Positions 52,127 through 62,494 of a stretch of DNA of 64,000 nucleotides are shown here, in pieces (positions within the stretch are counted from its first letter, which is position 1; the number at the start of each line of letters is the position of its first letter). Below the pieces are notes generated by a model. The model ran no database searches. It saw only the letters and a program-made list of their open reading frames with translations, and was not told the origin of the DNA. Both the position numbers and the translations under genes were made by a program. Source of the stretch: Podarcis muralis (Eukaryota); the NCBI RefSeq assembly GCF_964188315.1, contig NC_135656.1, positions 111,662,001-111,726,000 on the forward strand, read 5' to 3'.

Positions 52127-53091
52127 ATGTCAGAACCGTTTTTCAGCCCCCTGTCATCTCTCCCCTTAGATCCCATTCTGCAAATCTGGAACCAACACCA
52201 CGGGTTTGTTTTGCACTGGGAAAAGGTGGCCTTTAGTTTCTCAACGTTGCTATCTCTTCGACGCCGTGTGGACCCAAACAGTGAGCTGTTCTCGTGCCTG
52301 AATCTTGCCTTGAATCAACTGAGCCTAGAGCCCCATGCATAAGAAACAACGCCCGGCTTACCATTGCTGCTGACCGCAAGCTGTTAGAGTGGATTTTTGG
52401 GAAGGGTGACTCTGAGATCACCGTCTTCTGCATCCAAGGCAAAGCCCAATATCATGTCTTTGTGGCCACATGGGAGCAGTACCTCGCCTGCGTCTGCTCC
52501 CAACCCCAGCCCCTGAGCCTGGGGCGTCTTCTTACCACCCGTAGCAAGCTGCGTTGCTGGAGTTCATCTAAGAAGGCCCCATCCTTGGCTTGCTTTGACA
52601 AAGCAGTGGAGTGTTTTGCTATGGAGCCTAGCTCCATCAAGGATGATGCCCAGATGCTGGTGGCATGTGGTGGATGGGCAGTGGAATTTATCTCTGGCCA
52701 AAGTCTCAGTGAGATCTGTGTCTTCTCAAAGGATGGCGTGGCTGACTATAACATCAGTGAGAAGAGTGAGACGTTGTTCCTAGAGCGTCTCCAAGCAGGG
52801 ATTGTCCAGCTGAACTCGGAGAACTTAAGGAAGGCAAGGGATGTGATGGAGTCAGCAGGGGGCAAGAAGTGTTTTGGCGTAGCCTTGTCCAAGTTACAGC
52901 AGGAGCCCTGGTGTGTCCAGAACAATGCCAAGATGGTGGTTATTATGGGCAGCGAAGAAAGGATCGTGTTGAGCTCTGGGAAAGGAGAGAACCAGATTGC
53001 GGTGACCATTTCTGAAAAAGGGATCTGCTATGAAGTGTCTACACAGGGGTGGTGGGAGCTGGTAGCCAGGATGCTTAAAAAGATTCACTGA
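52127..53091 (+). CDS. Uncharacterised single-coding-exon protein with three ~100-aa internal repeats (about 321 aa if one C is restored at 52331-52334); gene or young pseudogene
   Basis: Acceptor ttccccatccctgacAG|AAATG at 52123-52124. ORF 52127-52342 and ORF 52294-53091 join across a 1-nt deletion, and the join is supported by alignment of the internal repeats. No TE similarity recognised. Confidence 0.7.
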
Positions 53092-53140
53092 AGCCTGCCC
53101 TGTGGAACACCCACCAGATGTCAAGGAAATACAACAACTA

Positions 53141-53366
53141 CAGTGGTACCTCGGGTTACATACGCTTCAGGTTACAGACTCTGCTAACCCAGAAATAGTG
53201 CTTCAGGTTAAGAACTTTGCTTCAGGATGAGAACAGAAATCGTGCTCCGGCGGCGTGGCGGCAGCAGGAGGCCCCATTAGCTAAAGTGGTGCTTCAGGTT
53301 AAGAACAGTTTCAGGTTAAGAACGGACCTCCGGAACGAATTAAGTACTTAACCCGAGGTACCACTG
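53141..53366 (+). mobile_element. Tc1/mariner MITE family A
   Basis: Full TIRs; TA on both sides. Confidence 0.88.
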
Positions 53367-53368
53367 TA

Positions 53369-53566
53369 CAGTGTACGCTCGGGTTGCGAACGTGATCCAT
53401 GCAGGATGCACGTTCGCAACCCGCAGCGGCGCGTTTGTGCATGTGTGGGTCGCGATTTAGCGCTTCTGTGCGTGTGCGACCCCCGAAACCCGGAAGTAAC
53501 CCATTCCTGTACTTCCAGGTTTCAAAAAAACGCAACCTGAAGCCTCTGTAACCCGAGGTATGACTG
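53369..53566 (+). mobile_element. Tc1/mariner MITE family B
   Basis: CAGTGTACGCTCGGGTTGC..TAACCCGAGGTATGACTG-TA. Confidence 0.78.
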
Positions 53567-54249
53567 TATCTGACTTTTAGAAGACATCTGAAGGCAGCCC
53601 TTTTTAGGGAAGTTTTTTAAAAAAGTTTTTTTAAAAAATGAATTTTATTAGTATTTTCCACACAACAACAACAACACGAAAGCTATCAAAAAATAACAAT
53701 ACACAACACACAAAAATCAACATTCTAAAACTAAAAACAAAAAACAAAAAAACCCAAACAAATCCATATCTTACAAGTTAATATTATAAACACTAAAACT
53801 TTAGGGAAGTTTTTAATGTTTGGTGTTTTAGTGTGTTTTAGTGTTCTGTTGGGAGCCGCCCAGTGGCTGGGGAAACCCAACCAGATGGGTGGGGTATAAA
53901 TAATAAAATTTTTATTATTAATTTTGTCTCCCAAAACAGATGCCTACAACAGAAATATTACTACTACTAATACTAATGATAAATAATAAATAATAGATAA
54001 ATGATAAATAATAGAGGTAAATATGAGGATTTATGTAACACTTTTCAGTCTTCAAAGCGCTACAATTATCACACTAGCCCTTCCAGCAGCCTTCGCCTGT
54101 CTGACACACGCCAGATGTTTTGAACTACAACTCCCAGCCCCGGGCTGCCTCACATAAACTGGAAAGTAGAGGAGACGACTCTATAGTACAGTCAGAAACC
54201 TAGCAACAAACTATGGGACTGTTCCGGAGGGCTAATTACTTTCTGGTCC

Positions 54250-54500
54250 TCGCGGTTTCCTAGCCGGACTCCAATAGGCTGAGCACCAAGTACTGGCACA
54301 CGCGCGCGGGCCACTTCGCTTTGGGCGGCTTCCTGAAGCCACATCCGCCCTCATCGGTGCGTGCCCTTTCTGCCTCCCCTTCCGCCATGGATCAACGCAG
54401 ACCGGGAATTCCTTCGTGCGCGAAACCTTGCAGTTGTCGGAAGGGTGTTTAGGTAATTATGATGGGGGTGCGGGTCTCGCGTGAAGACAGGTTTCTGGGG
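54250..54500 (+). promoter_or_regulatory. CpG island/NFKBIL1 promoter and exon 1
   Basis: CpG-rich; CCAAT at about 54271; Kozak ccgccATGG at 54387; donors at 54445 and 54453. Confidence 0.65.
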
Positions 54501-54504
54501 GGAA

Positions 54505-54625
54505 ATCACGGAATGGTAGGGTTGGAAAGGGATCCCCTAGGGTCATCTAGTCCAACCCTCGGAAAACAGGACTCTCAGCTAGATCATGGCCATCCAACCT
54601 CTGCTTAAAAACCCTCAAGGAAAGG
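54505..54625 (-). mobile_element. CR1 LINE 3' end
   Basis: GGTCATCTAGTCCAACCC..CCATCCAACCTCTGCTTAAA. Confidence 0.7.
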
Positions 54626-54754
54626 ACAGTGAGGTGGGGAGAGGGGCAGTTGCCAAATTTCCTGATTGTGGGCTTCTCCCCATGGGGACATTTTGCTGGC
54701 CGCCGTAAGGGCATGACGACGCAGGAATAGATGGGCCTGATCCTGCAGGGCTCT

Positions 54755-55106
54755 TAAAGGTAAAGGGACCCCTGACCATTAGGTCCAGTTGTGACCGACT
54801 CTGGGGTTGCGGCGCTCATCTCGCTTTATTGGCCGAGGGAGCCAGCGTACAGCTTCCGGGTCATGTGGCCAGCATGACTAAGCCGCTTCCGGCGAACCAG
54901 AGCAGCGCACGGAAACGCCGTTTACCTTCCCGCTGGAGTGGTACCTATTTATCTACTTGCACTTTGACGTGCTTTCGAACTGCTAGGTTGGCAGGAGCAG
55001 GGACCGAGCAATGGGAGCTCACCCCGTTATGGGGATTCGAACCGCCGACCTTCTGATTGGCAAGCCCTAGGCTCTGTGGTTTAACCCACAGTGCCACCCA
55101 CGTCCC
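54755..55106 (-). mobile_element. Sauria SINE
   Basis: Consensus match. Confidence 0.9.
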
Positions 55107-55276
55107 TGCTGCGCTCTTATTCAGCTGTAAAAAGATCCCCCACCACCAATGGGTAATGTTTGTCTCTCTGTAAGGCACCCGGCTTTCCCAAAGGAGTGGA
55201 AGATTTCTGGATGCCAACAGGTAAGGCGTTGCAGAGATGTGAAGTGCCTACAGAAAAACTATTTCTCTTCCCTAAC

Positions 55277-55322
<46 letters not shown>

Positions 55323-56159
55323 TGAGTGAGTGTGCATTAGGTAATAGTGTGCATTAGATAGATAGTATCAGGTGTCAAGCACAAGGATAATGAACCAGGT
55401 CTTTGTTATAAAACCCAACGGTGGGGCACACGCCCCACAGGAGGGCAATTTGATTTTTTTGGGGGGAGGGATTTGAGAATGAGTTATTAACAGTGAATTT
55501 GTTTGCATTTTGCATTTCTTATGGTTCTAGGGGCCTCATATGCAGTATATAAATATATATTGTGACATACATTCATTTTTCATTTCATTTTTTTTATTTG
55601 TATACCGTCTTTCTAATTTACAATACTCAAGGCAGTTTAGAAGCTGAAAAAACAAAAAATGTACAACTTAGAACAATCTAATGCAATACAAAAATGTGGT
55701 AATAAAACAAGACTTTAAAATAAGCAACCTACATCAAAAAGTAACATTCAACAATTATTAGAACAGTACAAAATAATATCAACATATAAAAGTTAAACAG
55801 AAATCCACTCAACAGTTACAATAAATAATTTCTAAATTTCTAAAATTCTAATACACAAGCAATGTGGATGCCATGTTCTTTGGAAGCTTGTTTGGACCAA
55901 TTAATGGCCTTTTTGGCTTCCTCAACATGTGTAGGAGGTTTTTTTTTAATAATAAGAATTATATGTTACCGGGGGGGGGGGGCGAGTATCAAGATTTTAG
56001 AGACGCTTAGGTGGGGAATGGCCAAAATAAGGTTGGGAACCACTGGTATGAAACATACAGCTAAGCTGAGCAAAGCAGAGATGGAGATGTGTGGTCAGGG
56101 GGAGGGCGCTGGGTACTGATCCTGCATCTCCCCCCACAGCGTCAAGCCCTTTCCACCAC

Positions 56160-58720
56160 ATGCCCGCTCCCATGGCGTCAAGGTACCAGCGTCGCCTGTG
56201 GCGCTACGTCGAGTCCAGCCGCCGCCGCAAGCTGCGCAGGCTCCTGCAGCACCACGGGGAAGCCTTGGACCTGGGCGAGGCGGCCGGGCGCAAGCTCCGA
56301 ACGCCCCTTCACCGGTGCTGCGCCCGACAGGACCACAAAACCGCCATCCTCTTGCTGAAGCATGGAGCAGACCCCTCCGTTCCGGACCGGCGTGGGGACA
56401 CAGCTCTGCATGTGGCTGCCCGACAGGTGGCCCGTAAGGGAGGCACAGGTGAGGCACGGCCTTCGAGTAGCCCCTTGGTCAGCTTATGGACACGCTAAGT
56501 CCTTTGCCCATGGGGCTTTGTGGTTGTCTGCTGTGGGTGGAGGAGATAGAATATGGAAGGATGGAGGTGGAAGGGATTTGTATGGTTTTCCAGGCCAACT
56601 CCCTGACAGGGCAGGAAATCTTCTGCCACAGCATCCCTGATTGGTTGGATAATAGCGTCCCTGATAGGTAGGACTACGGCATCCTTGGCAGACTGTAAAA
56701 TATTAATCAGCCCTATAAAACTTATAACACTTAAAAGATAAAGGTAAAGGGACCCCTGACCATTAGGTCCAGTCGTGACCGACTCTGGGGTTGCGGTGCT
56801 CATCTTGCTTTATTGGCCGAGGGAGCTGGCGTACAGTCACGTGGCCAGCATGACGAAGCCGCTTCTGGCGAACCAGAGCAGCGCACGGAAACGCCCTTTA
56901 CCTTCCCGCCAGAGCGGTACCTATTTATCTACTTGCACTTTGATGTGCTTTCGAACTGGTGGGTTGGCAGGAGCAGGGACTGAGCAACGGGAGCTCACCC
57001 TGTCGCCGGGATTCAAACTGCCGACCTTCTGATCAGCAAGTCCTAGGCTCTGTGGTTTAACCCACAGCGCCACCCGCGTCCCTTTTATAACACTTCAGAA
57101 CGGTTTAAGACACACACACACACAAAATAAACAGCACCCACACAAGTTAAAACCTTGCTGTGAGGATAAAGTGGGGAGGAGAACCGTGTACTCCACCTTG
57201 AACTATTTGTGGAAAGGTGGACTATAAAATTTATGTATTTATGTATTTATCTGTATATACATGGGTGAAGCCAAAGGGGGGTGGGCAGGGAGAGGCAGCT
57301 GCCCCCCAATCAATAAAAATACATAGCTAACTAAGGTCCCCCCCCCCCCCCGCAAAAGGCCTGCCCCCCCACAAAAATCCTGGCTACACCTATGTACAGT
57401 GGTACCTCTGGAAAGCGAATGGGATCCGTTCCAGAGCCCCGGTCGCATCCTGAAGCGAACGCAACCCGCGTCTGTGCATGCGTAGGTCTCTGCTTCCGCG
57501 CATGCACGTGACGTCACTTTGAGCGCATGCGCGAGCGGCGAAACCTGGAAATAACGCGCTCCGTTACTTCTGGGTCGCTGCAGAGCGCAACCCGAAAGCA
57601 CTCAACCTGAAGCAACTTCACCCCGAGGTATGACTATACAGCGGTACCTCGGGTTACATACGCTTCAGGTTACATACGCTTCAGGTTACAGACTCCACTA
57701 ACCCAGAAATATTACCTCGGGTTAAGAACTTTGCTTCAGGATGAGAACAGAAATGTGTGGCGACGCAGCAGCGGGAGGCCCCATTAGCTAAAGTGGTGCT
57801 TCAAGTTAAGAACAGTTTCAGGTTAAGAACGGACCTCCGGAACAAATTAAGTACTTAACCCGAGGTACCACTGTATATATAAAAAGGGCTGGATTTCCTG
57901 TCAGCAGCACATATTGTAGCCATTAGAGGGCACTGGAGAGAGAGTTTGCCTGATGCTGTTAGGTTGGTTGCCATTCATTAATCTTTTTCGTTCTTCCCCT
58001 TCCCCCAGTCTACGAAGACCTGTTTTCGCCCTTGCGAAACCGTTGCCCCTCTGCAATGAGCATCAGGAACAGAGATGGGAAGACGCCAGGAGAACTCCTG
58101 AGGGAAGAGGAAGAGAAATGGGTCCGTGGGGGAAGGGTAAGGTTGGGTTTCAGGTTCTTGCTGACCAGACTGGATGCTGATACCTTCCGTAACCTTTTTT
58201 TGCAGTGCTCTCAGGAGGCGTCTGAGGAAGACAAGGCAGAGGGGGACGCAGAGAGGGAGTGGCGCAGCAAACTCCTCGGCGAATGGGAGGACGAGTATCA
58301 GGAGATGGGCTGGCAATACGAAGGTGAATCTCAGCCTCGCAGAGTCAAAGGTTCTGTGAGAGCCAGTGTAGTGGTTAGAACGTTGAACTAGGCCCCGGGA
58401 GACCTGGGTTCAAATCCACCGCCCCTCAGCTTAACCTACCCTGCAGAGCTGCTCTAAGGATAAAATGGGTCGGGGGAGAGCCATATGCCTCTTTCAGCAG
58501 CTTGCAGGACAGGTGGGATATAGATTTTATTTATTATTATTATTATTTGCACTGTGTTTGGCCTGCATATTTTTTAGTCCCAGAGCAAAGTAATAAAAAT
58601 AAACACAGGCCTGAACAAAAATTCATCATCATCATCATCATAAACTTTATTGCACTAGCCAAAGGCCATGGCATCATTCACAAAGGAAACAAAAAGAAAA
58701 ACAACAATAACCATAAAAAC

Positions 58721-58761
<41 letters not shown>

Positions 58762-60537
58762 GTAATTTATTTTATTTATTCCCCCACCCTCCCCGGCCAG
58801 AGCTGGGCTCAGGGCAGCTAACACCAGTAAAATTACAGTAAAAACATAATAGGGGAAAAACCAATTTAAAATACAGCTTAAAATGCAATTTAAAATGCAG
58901 CCTCATTTTAAAAGTAGCCCATAGATCAAAACCATAAGGGGAGGGAAACATAAGGGTCAGACTGAGTCCAAACCAAAGGCCAGGCAGAACAGCTCTGTCT
59001 TGCAGGCCCTACCCACAAGCACAATTTAAATGCCGTAGAATATTAATCAGCTTCAGCCAAAGTTGTGTTATGGTATCTTCTGATCACTTCCACAAGGCAC
59101 AGGTCAAATCTGTGTCCAGGGCAGCTGTTTACCAGCTCCATCTGGTACGTAGGCTGAGACCCTATCTGCCTGCAGACTGTCTCACCAGAGTGGTACATGC
59201 TCTGGTTATCTCCCGCTTGGACTACTGCAATGCGCTCTATGTGGGGCTACCTTTGAAGGTGACTCGGAAACTACAACTAATCCAGAATGCGGCAGCTAGA
59301 CTGGTGACTGGGGGCGGCCGCCGAGACCATATAACACCGGTCTTGAAGGACCTACATTGGCTCCCAGTACGTTTCCGAGCACAATTCAAAGTGTTGGTGC
59401 TGACCTTTAAAGCCCTAAACGGCCTCGGTCCAGTATACCTGAAGGAGCGTCTCCACCCCCATCATTCTGCCCGGACGCTGAGGTCCAACGCCGAGGGCCT
59501 TCTGGCGGTTCCCTCATTGTGAGAAGCAAAGCTACAGGGAACCAGGCAGAGGGCCTTCTCAGTAGTGGCGCCCGCCCTGTGGAACGCCCTTCCAGCAGAT
59601 GTCAAAGCGATAAACAACTACCTGACATTCAGAAGACATCTTAAGGCAGCCCTGTTCAGGGAAGTTTTTAACGTGTGATATTTTACTGTATTTGTGGTTT
59701 TTATGGAAGCCGCCCAGAGTGGCTGGGGAGGCCCAGCCAGATGGGCGGGGTATAAATAATAAATTATTATTATTATTATATTATTATTATAATTGCCATT
59801 TTGTCTGAGAATTGTCATCCCAGAAATTTAAATAAGTTCTCTTCCTCCTCCTTGGTTCACAAAGCTGTTATGGGGAATCCGATGGTGTGTCTGGCCAACT
59901 GCCGTCCGAGTGCCATGTTCAGCTGGGTGTATAACGGGTGAGACGATCCTTTAAGTTGTATTCTCAAATTCCTTTTCCCTTTTCGCCCTTCCCAGAGGAT
60001 TTCTACACTGCTGGCCCAGACACGGAAACCTACGAGGACTGGGCCGACCGCATCGCTCGCGAATACAGGCAGAGGCGCAGCCGGGACAACGAATGCCTTC
60101 GCCAGAGGCCTAAAGTGGAAGCGCAGAAGCCTCTGCCTAGGTTGGGGAGCCTCCGTGAGGAAGAACACCTTCTCTACGAAAAGAGGGCCCGAGCCAAGGA
60201 AAGGGAACTGAGGGAAGCCAAGAAGCTGCGCTACGAGGAAGGCTGCAGCCAGGTCTTCTCCGCTGACGGTTCGCGCCTTTTGAGATACGTGGACATTCCC
60301 TGGCCGTGCCCGGCTGGGACACCAGAGGAGATGGCCGCCGTGGCGCTCCACGGCATGGAGCCCTCCGACAAAGCGGCTTACCGGCGCTTCCTGCGGCGCC
60401 AGCAGGCCCTCTGGCACCCGGACAAGTTTGCCCAACGCTGCGGCGCGCGCTTGGCAGAACAGGATCGCCGCCGGATATTGGACACTGTCACGGCGCTGTC
60501 CCAAGCCTTCAACCGGCTAGCAGAAGCTTGCAAATAA
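56160..60537 (+). CDS. NFKBIL1: NF-kappa-B inhibitor-like protein 1 (358 aa from ATG 56160; 384 aa if exon 1 from 54387 is coding)
   Basis: Exons 56140-56448, 58009-58136, 58206-58323 and 59996-60537. Ankyrin repeats (PLHRCCAR..GADP..DRRGDTALHVAARQ), RCPSAM..N.DG.TPG, EREWRSKL.GE.EDE, D.PWPCP and WHPDKF..TALSQAFN. AATAAA at 60567. Confidence 0.95.
56738..57082 (-). mobile_element. Sauria SINE
   Basis: Consensus match; TSD TTATAACACTT. Confidence 0.9.
57397..57636 (-). mobile_element. Tc1/mariner MITE, family B-related
   Basis: TA-CAGTGGTACCTC..CCCGAGGTATGACTA; internal GCGCATGCG-rich sequence like family B. Confidence 0.7.
57639..57873 (+). mobile_element. Tc1/mariner MITE family A
   Basis: Full TIRs; abuts the previous MITE at a shared TA. 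Confidence 0.85.
58358..58520 (+). mobile_element. tRNA-derived SINE with L2-like tail (Squam/MIR-like), degenerate
   Basis: AGTGTAGTGGTTAGA..CTGGGTTCAAATCC head followed by CAGCTTAACCTACC..AGGATAAAATGG; similar tails at about 30150-30250 and 57150-57230. Confidence 0.55.
58715..59010 (-). mobile_element. L2-like LINE 3' end, second subfamily
   Basis: Reverse complement of 2700-2891; (AAT)n tail. Confidence 0.6.
59097..59790 (+). mobile_element. L2 LINE 3' fragment
   Basis: ORF2 C-terminus with a premature stop at 59522; 3' UTR and tail. Confidence 0.9.
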
Positions 60538-60733
60538 CTTTCTCTCTCTCTCCTTGGCTGTCTGTGAATAAAGGTGTGGGTTTTTTTGCCTTTTTCAAGA
60601 GGACGGAATCGTGCTGGATTGTGTTGCAGGCAGAAAGGGCTTCTTACCTTTTTTGCCCACCCCGCTCAAGATGTAAAATGAAGTGGTTTCTCTGCGAGCC
60701 TCTTGGGGGTCTTTCCAGAAAAGCACAGCGATA

Positions 60734-61107
60734 CCGTATTTTTCACTCTATAAGACGCACCTTTTCCCCTCCAAAAATTAAGGGGAAATGTGTGTGCGTC
60801 TTACGGAGCAAATGCAGGCTCCATGGCTTCGCGTTGCTTTTGCTGAAGCCAGGAGAGCAAGAGGGATCGGTGCACACCGATCCCTCTTGCTCTCCTGGCT
60901 TCGCTTCGCTGGAGAGGCGCTGCGCAGCTCTCCTTACACAGCGCCCCTTCAGCAAAGCGGGAGGAGAAATGGAAGGGGCTCCATTTCTCTTGCCGCTTCG
61001 CTGAAGGAGCGCTGCACAGAGAGGGGGAGAATTTTTTTCCTTGTTCTCCCTCTCTAAAACTAGGTGCGTCTTATGGTCCGGTGCGTCCTATAGAGCGAAA
61101 AATATGG
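60734..61107. mobile_element. pogo/Tigger-like MITE with internal palindromes
   Basis: TIRs CCGTATTTTTC.CTCTATAAGACGCACC / GGTGCGTCCTATAGAGCGAAAAATATGG; TA TSD. Confidence 0.82.
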
Positions 61108-61193
61108 TAAGTGGCTTTGTCAGGCCTTTTCTTTCTTGAAAGCAACCCCCTTTGGAGACCAAAGCTAGTTAAGAATTTAAGATTTTGTTTCAA

Positions 61194-61278
61194 CCAGCCT
61201 TTGCCTGCTTGGCACCCTCTGGATGTTTTGGAGTTGTAGTCCAGAACATCTGGAGGGCGCAAGGTTGACAAAGGCTGG
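61194..61278. mobile_element. Small hairpin MITE
   Basis: CCAGCCTTTG..CAAAGGCTGG ends; internal GGATGTTTTGG..CCAGAACATCTGG. Confidence 0.55.
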
Positions 61279-61657
61279 TTTTCAATACATTTTCATGCCC
61301 TCTTTGTTCCTTTGCAGGGTTAATAATGTCAGTTTATGGATTTGTCATAGCAAATACAACCCTACAAACAAACAAAAATATGTTGAAAGCAGCCAAAACA
61401 ACAGTACAGACACACACAAGTGTGTGTTCTGCTTGTGTGCGGCGCTGGGATATTATTCTAATTCAGACCCAGAAATGGCAGGAGAGCTAGGGAGTCCTTG
61501 TGACTCGTGAGGAAACCCTTCCCAAAGCCCGAATAGAATGTCAGTGAGGGCGGCGGAAGCCCCTAAGAGACCGGAGGCACAGCGGGGCCTTGTTTATGCT
61601 GCTCATCCTCTCCAGAGCTTCAATTCTAGTTATTGATATTCTAGGACACAGTATTTT

Positions 61658-61993
61658 GGGATGCGGGTGGCGCTGTGGGTTAAACCACAGAGCCCAGGAC
61701 TTGCTGATTAGGAGGTCGGTGGTTCGAATCCCCGCGACGGGGTGAGCTCCCGTTGCTCGGTCCCTGCTCCTGCCAACCTAGCAGTTCAAAAGCACGTCAA
61801 AGTGCAAGTAGATAAATAGGTACCGCTCTGGCGGGAATGTAAACGGCATTTCCATTTGCCAGAAGCGGCTTAGTCATGCTGGCCACATGACCTGGAAGTT
61901 GTACTCCAGCTCCCTCGGCCAATAAAGGGAGATGAGCGCCGCAACCCCAGAGTCGGCCACGACTGGACCTAATGGTCAGGGGTCCCTTTACCT
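61658..61993 (+). mobile_element. Sauria SINE
   Basis: Consensus match; TSD-like TATTTTGGG. Confidence 0.9.
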
Positions 61994-62169
61994 ATTTTGG
62001 GTATGGATTGCAGAGAGAGAGAACAGTAGAGAAGGTGTTTAAAGGGGATTTAGAGGGCGCTCCCCACTTTACGAGATTTCACGTGGACCCAGAACATAAT
62101 CCCCCGCATAACTAGGGAGTTGCCTTTATCACACTCACAGCTGTACCAGTCCCCACTGCATTTCCGTCC

Positions 62170-62455
62170 CAAAATGCTCACATTAGTGTTTAAAGCCCTA
62201 AGTGACTCGGGGCCCCAAATATATGAAAGGCTGCCTCCATCCATACAGACCATCTCAAGATAAGCAGAGGAGGGCCTCTTGGTAGTTTCGTCGCCTGCAG
62301 GACTTCAGGGTGGGTGGGTGGCCCAGGACAGGGCCTTCTCTGTGGCAGCCCCCAAGCAGTGGCATTCCCTTCCCACAGAGGTGTGTCCAGCACCTTCATT
62401 ACGCAGCGTTCATTGCATGCTGGAAGACATATTTCCCTCCTGCCTTTGATAGCTA
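62170..62455 (+). mobile_element. Older L2 fragment
   Basis: Degenerate ..GTGTTTAAAGCCCTA..AGGGCCTTCTCTGTGGCAGCCCC.. Confidence 0.5.
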
Positions 62456-62494
62456 AGAGGCTAGGGTTGCCGTACATCTGGATTTTCCCAGAAA

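Larger units (their letters stand above)
53093..53915 (+). mobile_element. L2 3' fragment interrupted by two tandem MITEs
   Basis: L2 sequence resumes after 53568; 3' UTR and tail with AATAAA at 53902. Confidence 0.75.

Noticed and set aside
52325-52345. Programmed -1 ribosomal frameshift joining the two ORFs
   Set aside because: No X XXY YYZ slippery heptamer or evident downstream structure; a homopolymer deletion (error or mutation) is simpler.
52127-53091. Calling this gene C6orf47 by position
   Set aside because: No resemblance to the low-complexity N-terminus or hydrophobic C-terminus of C6orf47 as recalled.
59857-60504. 215-aa antisense ORF, and similar shadow ORFs over the ZNF862-like, GPANK1 and NFKBIL1 exons
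   Set aside because: Expected stop-poor antisense or alternative frames of GC-rich coding exons; no motifs.
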